From an uncultured Actinomycetes bacterium (GTDB taxonomy: Bacteria > Actinomycetota > UBA4738 > HRBIN12): a DNA stretch of 64,000 nt. Both the position numbers and the translations under genes were made by a program. This document shows, piece by piece, positions 43,896-56,945 of the stretch. The stretch spans positions 8,595-72,594 of the forward strand of contig CAWFNS010000001.1 of the NCBI GenBank assembly GCA_963817235.1. Reading direction: 5' to 3'. Below the pieces are notes generated by a model. It was not told where the DNA came from. It made no database searches and saw only the letters and a program-made list of their open reading frames with translations. Each line of letters starts with the position of its first letter. The stretch's first letter is position 1.

Positions 43896-44971
43896 CGGTC
43901 GAGGTGCCGGGGAGGGCCTACGACGTCGTGATCGGGGCGGGGATGCTGGATCGAGCGGACGAGCTCGTGCCGGCGTTCCCCTCGGCCACGCACGCGTTCG
44001 TCCTGTCCGACCGGGTCGTGGGGGAGCGGTGGTTCCCCGTGCTCGCCGAGGCGCTTCAGCGCTGCGGGTTGCACTGCGTGCCGTTGACCGTGCCGGCGGG
44101 CGAGGCCGCGAAGTCCCTCGACGTCTACGGAACGCTGCTGCACCAGCTCGCCACGCAGGAGGCCCACCGGGCCGATCCCGTGATCGCGCTCGGTGGCGGA
44201 TCCACCGGGGACGTGGCCGGCTTCGTCGCGTCGACCTACATGCGGGGCATGCCGTTCGTGCAGGTGCCGACGACGCTGACCGCCCAGGTGGACGCGGCGA
44301 TCGGCGGCAAGACCGCGGTGAACCTGCCCGAGGGCAAGAACCTCGTCGGGACGTTCCACCAGCCGGTGGCGGTGCTGTGCGACGTCGACGTGCTCGCGAC
44401 GCTCGCGGACCGTGACCTCCGCAGCGGCCTCGCAGAGGTGGCGAAGGTCGCGCTCACCCTCGATCCGGAGCTCCTCGAGATGCTCGAGCGCGATCCGGGG
44501 CCGCTGCTCGCGCGGGTGCCGGAGGCGCTCGAGCCGGTCGTGACGCGATGCGTGCGCGCGAAGGCGCGCGCGGTGGGCAGCGACGAGCGCGACACCGGCG
44601 ACCGGCTGATCCTCAACTACGGGCACACGCTCGGGCACGCGCTGGAGCGCCTCGATGCGTTCGCCGGGAGGAGCCATGGCGAGGCGATCGCGGTGGGCAT
44701 GGTGTTCGCCGCGCGCCTCGCGGAGGTCCGAGGGCTCTGTGCGGAGGGACTGGCGGCGCGGACGACGCGGCTGCTGCGCTCGCTCGGTCTGGAGACCACG
44801 GGTCCGCTGCCGCCGGCCGCCGACGTGCTCGCCGCATTCCGGATGGACAAGAAGTTCGCCGGCGGCGTTCGGTTCGTGTTGTTGGAGGACGTGGGACGGC
44901 CGGTCGTGGTGCAGGACGTGCCGGCTGAGGAGCTGCGGCGCGTGCTCGAGGAGATGGGGGCGGTCGGATGA
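43883..44971 (+). CDS. aroB: 3-dehydroquinate synthase
   Basis: GEAAKS, GGGSTGD, PTTL.AQVDAAIGGKT, GKNLVG.F, LNYGHT.GHA, HGEA. Confidence 0.96.
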   Translation: MERVTVEVPGRAYDVVIGAGMLDRADELVPAFPSATHAFVLSDRVVGERWFPVLAEALQRCGLHCVPLTVPAGEAAKSLDVYGTLLHQLATQEAHRADPVIALGGGSTGDVAGFVASTYMRGMPFVQVPTTLTAQVDAAIGGKTAVNLPEGKNLVGTFHQPVAVLCDVDVLATLADRDLRSGLAEVAKVALTLDPELLEMLERDPGPLLARVPEALEPVVTRCVRAKARAVGSDERDTGDRLILNYGHTLGHALERLDAFAGRSHGEAIAVGMVFAARLAEVRGLCAEGLAARTTRLLRSLGLETTGPLPPAADVLAAFRMDKKFAGGVRFVLLEDVGRPVVVQDVPAEELRRVLEEMGAVG

Positions 44972-45402
44972 ACGTCGTGTTCCTGTTCGGTCCGAACCTC
45001 GGCGCGCTCGGGCGGCGCGACCCCGAGCTGTACGGGTCGCAGACGCTGCAGGAGATCATGGAGGAGGTCGGCGCCCGGGCGACCGAGCTCGGCCATACGG
45101 TGCGGTGGGAGCGCTCGGATCACGAGGGCGATCTGATCGGGTGGCTGCTGTCGGCCGCCGAGGATGGCGCCGAGGCCGTGGTGATGAACCCGGGGGCGCT
45201 GTCGCACTACTCCTACGCGTTGCGCGACGCGGTCGAGGCCTGCGGACTGCCCGTGATCGAGGTGCACATGTCGAACATCTACGCACGCGAGGGGTTCCGT
45301 CGGACCTCCGTCATCTCGCCGGTGTGCCGGGCCTCGATCTGTGGCCTCGGAGCCGGTGGCTATCATCTCGCGCTGGAGGCGATGCCGTGGATCACCACCT
45401 GA
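44968..45402 (+). CDS. aroQ: type II 3-dehydroquinate dehydratase
   Basis: GPNL..LG.R.P..YG, NPGA..HYS..LRDA, EVHMSN. Confidence 0.95.
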   Translation: MNVVFLFGPNLGALGRRDPELYGSQTLQEIMEEVGARATELGHTVRWERSDHEGDLIGWLLSAAEDGAEAVVMNPGALSHYSYALRDAVEACGLPVIEVHMSNIYAREGFRRTSVISPVCRASICGLGAGGYHLALEAMPWITT

Positions 45403-46463
45403 GGAGGCGGGCGCTCGCCGCTCGCCTCGATGCGCTCGACGTGGACGCGATGCTGGTGACGCGTCTGCCGAACACCCGCTACCTGACCGGCTTCACCGGC
45501 TCGAACGGGGCCGTCTTGGTCGCGCGAGACGCGGCCGTGTTCCTCACCGACGGGCGGTACACGGAGCAGTCGCGCCGTGAGGTGCCCGACGTCGAGCGGG
45601 TCACGTTCACGCGCTCCTACCGACCTGATGTCGCTGAACGCTGTGCGGCGCTGGGCATCTCGAGGCTCGGGGTGGAGGCCCAGGATCTGACCATGACGGA
45701 GCACCGGCAGCTCGTCGAGGCGATCGGCGAGGACGTGACCCCGATCCCGCTCGAGGACGTCGTCGAGGAGGCGCGCGTCATCAAGGATGCGGACGAACGC
45801 GACCTGGTCCGCGCCGCCCAGGCGAGCACCGACGCCGCGTTCGACGCCGTGCTCGAGCTCTTCGTGGTCGGGATCACCGAGGAGCGGGTCGCCCAGGAAC
45901 TCGGGCGCCTGCTGCGGGAGGCGGGCGCCGACGACCTCGCGTTCGCGCCGATCGTCGCGTTCGGCGAGAACGCCGCGGAGCCGCACCACGAGCCGGGGCA
46001 CCGGGTCCTCGAGGAGGGCGACGTGATCAAGCTCGACTTCGGCGGGCGCGTGGGCGGCTACCACGCCGACATGACGCGGACGATCGCGTTCGGCGCACCC
46101 GCCGCGGAGCTCTCGAAGATCCACGACGTGGTGCGGGAGGCCCAGCAGGCGGGTATCGACGCCGTGCGGGCGGGCGTGAGCGGTTCGGCGGTCGACACCG
46201 CGGCGCGTGCGCCGATCGAGGATGCGGGCTACGGCGAGCGGTTCGTGCACGGGCTGGGGCACGGCGTGGGGTTGGAGATCCACGAGCGGCCGTGGCTCGG
46301 CGTCGACCACGACGCCGAGTTGCCCGCCGGCGCGATCGTAACCGTGGAGCCGGGGATCTACGTCCCGGGCCTCGGCGGTGTGCGGATCGAGGACATGGTC
46401 GAGGTGACCGAGGACGGCGGCGTGGTCGTCGGCACCTCCGCGCGCGATCTCATCGAGTTGTAG
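45387..46463 (+). CDS. pepQ: Xaa-Pro aminopeptidase (M24)
   Basis: YLTGFTGS, TDGRY..Q, PHH, DFG, DMTRT, HGLGHGVGLEIHE, TVEPG.Y, GGVRIED. Confidence 0.92.
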   Translation: MDHHLRRRALAARLDALDVDAMLVTRLPNTRYLTGFTGSNGAVLVARDAAVFLTDGRYTEQSRREVPDVERVTFTRSYRPDVAERCAALGISRLGVEAQDLTMTEHRQLVEAIGEDVTPIPLEDVVEEARVIKDADERDLVRAAQASTDAAFDAVLELFVVGITEERVAQELGRLLREAGADDLAFAPIVAFGENAAEPHHEPGHRVLEEGDVIKLDFGGRVGGYHADMTRTIAFGAPAAELSKIHDVVREAQQAGIDAVRAGVSGSAVDTAARAPIEDAGYGERFVHGLGHGVGLEIHERPWLGVDHDAELPAGAIVTVEPGIYVPGLGGVRIEDMVEVTEDGGVVVGTSARDLIEL

Positions 46464-46472
46464 GGAGCCCGG

Positions 46473-47039
46473 GTGAGCGTTTCCACGAACGACCTGAAGA
46501 ACGGCATGACCCTGGATCTGGACGGCACGCTGTTCCAGGTGGTCGAGTTCCAGCACGTGAAGCCCGGCAAGGGCGGGGCGTTCGTCCGAACGAAGCTGCG
46601 CAACGTGAAGTCGGGGGCGGTGCTGGAGAAGACGTTCAACGCCGGCGTGAAGGTCGGGCTCGCGATCGTCGAACGCAAGCAGATGCAGTACCTCTACGGG
46701 GACGGCGAGGACGCCGTCTTCATGGATCTGGACAGCTACGAACAGGTGCACGTCCCCACGTCGTTGCTCGGGGACGCGGGCCGTTTCCTGGGGGAGAGCG
46801 CGGAGGCGCAGGTCGCCATGCACGAGGGCGTGCCGATCGCCGTGGATCTGCCGGCCTCGGTCGTCCTGACGATCACGAAGACCGATCCCGGTGCGAAGGG
46901 CGACACGCGCACCGGCGCGATGAAGCCGGCGACGCTCGACACCGGCGCCATCGTGAACGTCCCGCTGTTCGTCGAGGAGGGCGAGCGGATCAAGGTCGAC
47001 ACGCGCTCCGGGGAGTACGTCGAACGCGTGAAGGGCTGA
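46473..47039 (+). CDS. efp: elongation factor P
   Basis: [34 protein letters not shown]. Confidence 0.97.
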   Translation: MSVSTNDLKNGMTLDLDGTLFQVVEFQHVKPGKGGAFVRTKLRNVKSGAVLEKTFNAGVKVGLAIVERKQMQYLYGDGEDAVFMDLDSYEQVHVPTSLLGDAGRFLGESAEAQVAMHEGVPIAVDLPASVVLTITKTDPGAKGDTRTGAMKPATLDTGAIVNVPLFVEEGERIKVDTRSGEYVERVKG

Positions 47040-47041
47040 GC

Positions 47042-47440
47042 GTGACGAGCCGCCGAGAGGCTCGCCGCATCGCGATCGACGTCCTGTACCAGGCGGATCT
47101 CACCGACCGGCGGACATCCGACGTCGTCGCCGATTGGCTCGACGCGGGGCGCGAGGTGCCGGCGTTCTCGGTCGGGTTGATCGACGGGGTCACCGAGCAT
47201 CTGCCCTCGATCGACCTGCTGCTCGAGCAGCAGGCGGAGGGCTGGAGCGTGGCGCGGATGACGGCGCTGGACCGCACGATCCTGCGGGTCGGTATCGAGG
47301 AGCTGCTCTACCGCGAGGACGTGCCACCATCGGTCGCGATCAGCGAGGCGGTGGAGGCCGCGGCCGAGCTGTCGGCCGACGAGTCGAAGCGCTTCGTGAA
47401 CGGGATCCTCGGCCGGATCGCCGAGGACGCGCCGCGCTGA
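47042..47440 (+). CDS. nusB: transcription antitermination factor
   Basis: RREARR.A..VLYQ, W...RM..LDR.ILR, VAISEAVE, FVNGILG. Confidence 0.93.
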   Translation: MTSRREARRIAIDVLYQADLTDRRTSDVVADWLDAGREVPAFSVGLIDGVTEHLPSIDLLLEQQAEGWSVARMTALDRTILRVGIEELLYREDVPPSVAISEAVEAAAELSADESKRFVNGILGRIAEDAPR

Positions 47441-47444
47441 GGGA

Positions 47445-47630
47445 TCAGGTGGTGGGCGGCTTCTCCGCCGGCTTGGGGCTCTCCGCCGCCGCGTCGCCCT
47501 CCGAGCCTTCCTTGAGGCCCTGCTTGAACTCGTTCTGCGCCTTCCCGAGGTTCCGAGCGATCTGCGGGAGCTTGTTCACGCCGAAGATCACGACCACGGC
47601 GACGATCGCCACGATGACCCACTCGTTCAC
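47445..47630 (-). CDS. tatA: twin-arginine translocase TatA/E subunit
   Basis: short TM, IFG..KLPQIARNLGK...EFK.GL amphipathic helix. Confidence 0.9.
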   Translation of the reverse strand: MNEWVIVAIVAVVVIFGVNKLPQIARNLGKAQNEFKQGLKEGSEGDAAAESPKPAEKPPTT

Positions 47631-47695
47631 GGGCGCTCACCTTCCTGTGTCCGGCTCCATCCGGAGCCTGGTCTGGAGATCCGCATCAAGGATAG

Positions 47696-49394
<1,699 letters not shown>

Positions 49395-49398
<4 letters not shown>

Positions 49399-50690
49399 GC
49401 GCCCGCCTGGTCTTCGCGGGGGTCAGGGTCGTCGATCCGGCGGCCGGCACCGACGAGGTCCGGGACGTCGTGATCGCCGACGGCGTCGTCGCCGGGCCCG
49501 AGGCCGCCGAGGGCGCCGAACGCATCGACGCGCGCGGCCTGGTGCTCGCGCCGGGCCTGGTCGATCTGCACGCGCACCTGCGCGAGCCGGGCGAGGAGCA
49601 CAAGGAGACCGTCGAGACGGGGACGCGGGCCGCGGCGGCCGGCGGCTACACGGCGATCGCGGCGATGGCGAACACCCATCCGGTGACCGACCACGCCGCG
49701 ATCGTGCACGAGGTGCGCGACCTGGCGAGGGCGTGCGGCCTGTGCGACGTCTTCCCGGTCGGCGCGATCACGAAGGGCCTCGAGGGGGAGTCCCTCGCCG
49801 AGATGGGCGAGATGGTCGAGGCCGGCGTCCGGATGTTCTCCGACGACGGCCACTGCGTCCCCTCCGCGCGGCTCCTGCGCAACGCGCTCCTGTACGCGAA
49901 GGCGTTCCCACAGGAGATCGTCCTGGCCGAGCACGCGGAGGACCCGACCCTCGTGGAGGGAGGGCAGATGCACGAGGGACTGCACGCGTCCACGCTCGGC
50001 CTCGCCGGGCGGCCGGCGGAGGCCGAGGAGATCATCGTGGCTCGCGATCTGGCCCTGGCGGCCGCGACCGGCGGCCGGCTGCACCTGTGCCACATCTCCG
50101 CGGCCCGGTCCGTCGGGTTGATCCGGCGCGCGAAGGCCGAGGGCGTCCGCGTGAGCGCGGAGGTGACGCCGCATCACCTCACGTTCACCGACGCCGATCT
50201 GGCCACGTACGACACGAACCGCAAGATGCATCCGCCGCTGCGGAGCGAGGAGGATCGCGAGGCGCTGCGGGAGGGCCTGGCCGACGGCACGCTCGATGCC
50301 GTCGCCACCGACCACGCGCCGCACGCCGTCGAGGAGAAGGAGGCCGAGTTCGATCAGGCGCCGCCGGGCACGATCGGACTGGAGACGGCGCTCGCGGTGG
50401 TCCTGACCGAGGTGGTCGCCACCGGCCGCGTGCCGCTGGCGCGCGCGCTCGACGCGATGTCGACCGCGCCCGCGCGGATCCTCGGCGCGGCCGACCACGG
50501 CGGACCGATCGAGATCGGCCGGCCGGCCAACCTCGTGGTGTTCGACCCGGATGAGGACTGGACGGTCGAGCCGCCGTTCGCGTCGAAGGCCAGGAACAGC
50601 GCCTTCCTCGGCCGGCGCCTGACCGGGCGCGTCCGGTACACGGTGCTCGCCGGCTCGCTGACCGTCGCCGAGGGGAAGCCGACGCGGTGA
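49395..50690 (+). CDS. pyrC: dihydroorotase
   Basis: [43 protein letters not shown]. Confidence 0.95.
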
Positions 50691-51832
50691 CGTCCCACCC
50701 GCCCGCGCTGCTCGCGCTGGAGGACGGCACCGTGTTCGCGGGCACGTCCTTCGGCGCGGAGGGCGAGGCGTTCGGCGAGGCCGTCTTCAACACGGGCATG
50801 GCCGGCTACCAGGAGGTGCTCACCGATCCCTCGTACGCCCGGCAGATCGTGGCGATGACGTCGCCGCACCAGGGCAACTACGGGGTCAACGGGGAGGATC
50901 CGGAGAGCTGGCGCCTGCAGGTCGCGGGGTTCGCGGTCCGGGAGGCCTCCCGGCGCGCGAGCTCGTGGCGCGCCGAGGGATCGCTGGGCGAGCTCCTGGC
51001 GGCCGACGGCGTGCCGGGCATCGAGGGGATCGACACGCGGAAGCTGACCCGTCGCCTGCGGGAGCACGGCGCGATGCGCGCCGCGATCTCCACGGTGGAC
51101 CTCGATCCGGCGTCGCTCGTCGAGCGGGTCCGCGGCATCGCCGGCATGGCCGGGGCGGATCTGGCGCGGTCGGTCAGCACGGCAGAGCCCTACGACGCCT
51201 CGGCGCTCGTGGGGGCCCCCTCCGCCGAGAACGGGCCGGTGTTCCGGGTCGCGGCGTACGACTTCGGCTTGAAGCGGAACATCCTGCGGCTGCTGCGGGA
51301 CCACGGGATCGGCTGCACGGTCGTGCCCGCGGACACCCCTGCGGCCGAGGTGGCGCGCGGCGGCTACGACGGCGTCTTCCTGTCCAACGGCCCCGGCGAT
51401 CCGGCCGCGACGGCGTACGGCATCACCGCGACGCGGGAGCTGCTCGGGAAGGTGCCGATCTTCGGGATCTGCCTCGGCCACCAGTTGCTCGGGCTCGCCC
51501 TCGGCGGGCGGACGTACAAGATGACGTTCGGTCATCGGGGCGTGAACCAACCCGTGCAGAACCTCCGCAGCGGCGCCGTGGAGATCACGAGCCACAACCA
51601 CGGTTTCGCGGTCGATCCCGACGCGTGGCGCTTCGACGGCGACGGCGTCGCGCAGACCGACGTCGGCGGTGTGGTCGCGAGCCACCGGAACCTGAACGAC
51701 GGCACCCTCGAGGGCCTGCGATGCCTCGACGTGCCGGCGTTCGGGGTCCAGTACCACCCGGAGGCCGCTCCCGGGCCGCACGACTCCCGGTACCTGTTCG
51801 AGGAGTTCCGCGAACTGATGGCGAGCAGCTGA
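50687..51832 (+). CDS. carA: carbamoyl-phosphate synthase small subunit
   Basis: [46 protein letters not shown]. Confidence 0.97.
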   Translation: MTSHPPALLALEDGTVFAGTSFGAEGEAFGEAVFNTGMAGYQEVLTDPSYARQIVAMTSPHQGNYGVNGEDPESWRLQVAGFAVREASRRASSWRAEGSLGELLAADGVPGIEGIDTRKLTRRLREHGAMRAAISTVDLDPASLVERVRGIAGMAGADLARSVSTAEPYDASALVGAPSAENGPVFRVAAYDFGLKRNILRLLRDHGIGCTVVPADTPAAEVARGGYDGVFLSNGPGDPAATAYGITATRELLGKVPIFGICLGHQLLGLALGGRTYKMTFGHRGVNQPVQNLRSGAVEITSHNHGFAVDPDAWRFDGDGVAQTDVGGVVASHRNLNDGTLEGLRCLDVPAFGVQYHPEAAPGPHDSRYLFEEFRELMASS

Positions 51833-54800
51833 TGCCCAAGCGCACCGATCTGCACCGCATCATGGTGATCGGCTCGGGCCCGATCGTGATCGGCCAGGCG
51901 TGCGAGTTCGACTACTCCGGCACGCAGGCCTGCAAGGTCCTGCGCGCGGAGGGCTTCGAGGTCTCGCTGGTCAACTCGAACCCGGCGACGATCATGACCG
52001 ACCCGGCGTTCGCGGACCGGACCTACATCGAACCCCTCACGCCCGCGTCCGTCCTGCAGATCCTCGAGCGCGAGAAGCCGGACGCCCTGCTGCCCACCCT
52101 CGGGGGCCAGACCGGACTGAACGTCAGCGTCGCCCTCGCGGAATCCGGCGACCTGGAGCGGCTCGGGATCTCGCTGCTGGGCGCGTCGCTCGAGGCGATC
52201 CACACCGCCGAGGATCGCAGCGGGTTCGCACGCGCGATGCGCGAGGCCGGCCTGGACGTGCCGCGCGCCGGCACCGCACGGACGCTGGAGGACGCGCTCG
52301 CGGTGGGGGAGCGGCTCGGCTTCCCGGTGATCGTCCGGCCGTCGTTCACGCTCGGCGGCGGCGGGAGCGGGTTCGCACGCAGCGCCGAGGAGCTCGCGAC
52401 CGTCGCCGGGCGGGCGCTCGCGGTCTCGCCGGTGCACGAGGCGCTGATCGAGGAGTCGGTCGCCGGGTGGAAGGAGTTCGAGCTCGAGGTGATGCGCGAC
52501 GGCGCCGACAACGCGGTGATCGTCTGCTCGATCGAGAACGTCGATCCGATGGGCGTGCACACGGGCGACTCGATCACGGTGGCGCCGCAGCAGACGCTGA
52601 CCGACCGTGAGTACCAGCGGATGCGCGACGCCGCGATCCAGGTCCTGCGGGTCGTGGGCGTCGAGACCGGCGGCTCGAACGTCCAGTTCGCCGTGGACCC
52701 CCGGACCGGTCGGCAGGTGCTGATCGAGATGAACCCGCGCGTCTCCCGCTCGAGCGCGCTCGCCTCGAAGGCGACCGGCTTCCCCATCGCGAAGATCGCG
52801 GCGCTGCTCGCGGTGGGCTACCGGCTGGACGAGATCCGCAACGACATCACCGGGGAGACGCCCGCGGCGTTCGAGCCGACGCTGGACTACGTCGTCGTGA
52901 AGATCCCGCGGTTCGCGTTCGAGAAGTTCCCCGAGGCGGACCCGGTCCTGACGTCCACGATGAAGTCGGTCGGCGAGGTGATGGCGATCGGCAGGACGTT
53001 CAAGGAAGCGCTCGGCAAGGCGTGGCGCGGCCTCGAGAAGTCGATGGACGCCGGCTGGCCGTTGGGAGAAGGAGGAGCCCGCTCGAGGCGCTCGGCACGC
53101 CGACCGAGGGCCGGCTGCACCAGGTCGCCGGCGCCCTCGCGCGCGGCGAGGGCGTGGACGCGGTCGCGGCCGCCTCCTCGATCGACCCCTGGTTCGTCGA
53201 TCAGATCGCCGAGGTCGTCGAGGAGGGGTTCGCGCTGCGCGGGCGGCCCCTGCACGCCCTCGGCGCCCGCGAGCTGCGCTCGGCCAAGCGCCTGGGCCTG
53301 TCGGATGCCTCCGTCGCGTCCCTCACCGGGCGCGACGGAGGCCGCGGTCCGCCGGCATCGCGACGCGCTCGGGGTCGAGCCCGTCTTCAAGACGGTGGAC
53401 ACCTGCGGCGGCGAGTTCCCGGCGCGCACGCCGTACCACTACTCCACCTACGAGGACGAGTCCGAGGTCGAGCCCGCGGCGCGCCCGCGCGTCGTGATCC
53501 TCGGCGCCGGTCCGAACCGGATCGGCCAGGGCATCGAGTTCGACTACGCCTGCGTCCACGCCGCGTTCGCGTTGGAGGAGGCCGGCTTCGAATCGGTCAT
53601 GATCAACTCGAACCCCGAAACGGTCTCGACGGACTACGACACCTCGAGCCGGTTGTACTTCGAGCCGCTGACCCCCGAGGACGTGCTGGCCGTCTGCCGC
53701 GCGGAGCGGCCGGTCGGCGTGATCGCGCAGTTCGGCGGGCAGACGCCGCTGCGCCTCGCGCGGATCCTCCAGGAGGAGGGCTTCGCGATCATGGGCACCA
53801 GCCCGGACGCGATCGACCTGGCCGAGGACCGTGGGAAGTTCGCCGCGATCCTCGAGGAGCTCGAGATCTCGGCGCCGCCGCACGGCCAGGCGCGCACGAT
53901 GACCGAGGCGCGCGACGTGGCCACGCGGATCGGCTATCCCGTCGTCGTCCGCCCGAGCTACGTGCTGGGCGGCCGGGCGATGGAGATCGTCTACGACGAC
54001 GCGGAGCTCGAGGGGTTCGTGCGGACCGCGGCCGCCGCCTCGCCGGATCATCCGGTGCTGATCGACCGGTTCCTCGAAGGCGCCATCGAGGTCGACGTCG
54101 ACGCGGTCTGCGACGCGACCGGGGATCTGTTCGTCGGCGCGGTGATGGAGCACATCGAGGAGGCCGGCGTGCACTCCGGCGATTCGTCGTGCCAGATCCC
54201 GCCGGCGACGCTCGGCGACGACGAGCTCGACGCGATCGAGGACATCACGCGCCGGCTCGCGCGGCGCCTCGGCGTGGTCGGACTGCTGAACCTCCAGCTC
54301 GCCGTGAAGGACGAGCGGCTGTGGGTCCTCGAAGCGAACCCGCGCGCCTCCCGCACCGTGCCGTTCGTGAGCAAGGTGACCGGGGTGTCGCTCGCGCGGA
54401 TCGCCACGCTGGTCCTCGCCGGCGGCCGCCTCGCGGATCTTCGCGCCGCGGGCTCGCTGCCGGGCGACGCGCGGCACTACCGGCACCTGCCCTCCACGAG
54501 CGTGAAGGCGGCCGTGCTGCCGTTCGGTCGGTTCCCGGGGGTCGACACCGTGCTCGGACCGGAGATGCGTTCGACCGGGGAGGTCATGGGGATCGACACC
54601 GATCCCGGCATGGCGCTCGCGAAGGCGATGGTCGCGGCGGGGCACGCGCTGCCGAGCGCCGGGCACGGTCTTCGTGTCCGTCGCGAACCGCGACAAGCGC
54701 GCGATCGCGTTCCCGGCGAAGCGCCTGGTCGACATGGGGTTCCGGCTCGTCGCGACGCGCGGGACGGCCGGCGTGCTCGAGCGGGCCGGCATCGCCGTCG

Positions 54801-55126
54801 ACACCGTGGCGAAGGTCTCGGAGGGTCCCGACAACGTCGCCGAGCTGATCCGGTCGGGTGGGATCGACCTGGTCATCAACACGCCCTTCGGACGCGCCCC
54901 CCGCTCGGACGGGTCGCTGATCCGCACCGCCGCCGCCTCGGTCGGGGTGCCGTGCTTCACGACGCTCCCCGGCGCCCTGGCGGCGGTCCGGGGGATCGAG
55001 GCGCTCCGCAGCGACCCGACCGAACCGCGCTCGCTCCAGGAGCATCACGACGCGGCGAGGGCGGCGCCGGTGCAGGCGCGCCTCACGTTCGATGAGGCGG
55101 CGAGGAACGCGGAGGCGAGCGCGTGA
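51832..55126 (+). CDS. carB: carbamoyl-phosphate synthase large subunit (frameshifts near 53080, 53325 and 54665)
   Basis: [15 protein letters not shown], two ATP-grasp halves ([10 protein letters not shown]; EANPRASRT), C-terminal MGS-like domain. Confidence 0.96.
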
Positions 55127-55996
55127 AACGGGCGCGGTCCGAGATCCTGTCGACGCGGAAACTCGGTGCGTACCAGTCCATCACGCTCGTCGCGCCGGAG
55201 ATCGCCGACCGGGCGAGGCCCGGGCAGTTCCTTGCCGTCGCGATGCCCGAAGGGCGGGATTTCGTCCTGCGGCGGCACTTCTCGATCCATCAGGCCTCCC
55301 GGCGGGGGCGGATGGGCCGGAACGCTGGAGTTCGTCGTGGATCCGGCGTCGGGGCCCGGGACCGGCTGGCTCTCGCGCGTCGCGGCGCATCAGTTCCTCG
55401 ACGTGATCGGCCCGCTCGGCAAGTCGTTCTCGTATCCGAAGCGACTCACCAGTTGCATGCTGGTCGCGGAGGGGCGCGGCGCGGCCGGCCTGTACTTCCT
55501 GGCGCAGGAGCTGGTCGCCCGCCACAAGCGGGTCGACATGGTGATCGGCGCGCCGACGCTCGATGCCGTCTTCAAGCCGATCGAAGCCAAGCGCCTGTCG
55601 CAGACGGTGTCGATCGTGACGGCGGACGGCTCGCTCGGGGAGAAGGGCGGCGTGCTCGACGTGCTGCCGGAGGCCGTCGCGCGCGCGAGCACCGAGGTGC
55701 TCTACGCGGCCGCGGATCCGCGGACGCTCCGCGACGTCGCGGAGTTCTGCGCGGTGCAGCGGATCCCCGCGCAGGTCGCCGTCGAGGAACGGATGGGATG
55801 CGGCTTCGGCCTGTGCGGCACGTGCGTCGTGCCGGTCGCGCGGAAGGATGGGAGCGGCTCGGACAACCTGCGCGCGTGCATCGACGGTCCCGTCTTCAAC
55901 CCCGCGCGCGTCGTGTGGGACCGGTGGATCGCCGATCCCTCGTCGTTCGAGGAGATGCGGCGCTCGACCGGTACGGGGAGCCGTGATGCCCGCTAG
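55123..55996 (+). CDS. pyrK: dihydroorotate dehydrogenase electron-transfer subunit-like protein (frameshift near 55310)
   Basis: PGQF, LRR.FSI, GPLG, EERMGCGFGLCGTC...C.DGPVF [2Fe-2S] motif. Confidence 0.85.
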
Positions 55997-56945
55997 GGAA
56001 CGCACACTCGCGGTCGACCTGGGCGGCGTGGTCCTGCCGACGCCCGCGATGATCGCCGCCGGGTGCGCGGGGACCGGGCGCGAGCTCAGCGGACTCGTCG
56101 ACCTGCGCCGCGTCGGCGGGCTCGTGTCGAGGACGATCACCGTGCGGCCGCGCGCGGGGTCGACGACCCCGCGCATCACCGAGTCGCCGGCCGGCGTCGT
56201 GTGGGACACGGGACTGCAGAACGCCGGGGTGGACGCGTTCACGGCCGAGGAGCTGCCGCGGTTGGCGCGCGGCGGGGCGCCGACGTTCGTCTCGATCGGC
56301 GGCGGCACGCTCGAGGAGTACGTCCGCCTGACGAGCGCGCTGCAGGCGCGCCCGGAGGTGGCGGCGATCGAGGTCTACCTGTCCGGCCGCGACGAGACGA
56401 TGGATCACGACGTCCTGGGCGCGCACGTCGAGCGGCTCGTGGAGATCGTCGGCGCCGTCGCCCGGACCTCGCTCGTGCCGGTCTTCGCCAAGCTCCCGGG
56501 CGGCTCCGTCGATCCGGTGACGCTCGCGCGGGCGGCGGTGCGGGCGGGCGCCACCGGCCTGACCCTGTCCGGCTCCCCGCCTGCGCTCAGCGTCGAGGCC
56601 GCGCAGCTCCGGCCGGCGCTCGGCGGCGTCACCGGATGGCTCTCGGGTCCGGCCCTGAAGCCCTTGACGCTCCGGACGGTCTTCGAGGTGTCGGCCGCGC
56701 TGCCCGACGTGCCGCTGATCGCGAGCGGCGGCGTCCGCACCGGCCTCGACGCGGTGGAGTGCCTGCTCGCCGGCGCGTGGGCCGTCCAGATCGGCACCGG
56801 GACCCTGATCGATCCGGCGGCGCCGGTCGAGGTCGCCCGCGAGATCGCCCGGTACCTCAAGGCCCTTCGGCTCCGGTCGCCCGCCGAGCTCCGCGGACGT
56901 CTGCGGCTCCCGGTCGCGCCCTCCACCGAGGTCGCGGGCGCGTGA
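55986..56945 (+). CDS. pyrD: dihydroorotate dehydrogenase family 1B homolog with a degenerate active site
   Basis: PR..E...G...GLQN.G, KL, G.LSGPA.KP, GGV, A.AVQIGT; position between pyrK and pyrF; catalytic SCPN motif absent. Confidence 0.8.
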   Translation: MPARERTLAVDLGGVVLPTPAMIAAGCAGTGRELSGLVDLRRVGGLVSRTITVRPRAGSTTPRITESPAGVVWDTGLQNAGVDAFTAEELPRLARGGAPTFVSIGGGTLEEYVRLTSALQARPEVAAIEVYLSGRDETMDHDVLGAHVERLVEIVGAVARTSLVPVFAKLPGGSVDPVTLARAAVRAGATGLTLSGSPPALSVEAAQLRPALGGVTGWLSGPALKPLTLRTVFEVSAALPDVPLIASGGVRTGLDAVECLLAGAWAVQIGTGTLIDPAAPVEVAREIARYLKALRLRSPAELRGRLRLPVAPSTEVAGA

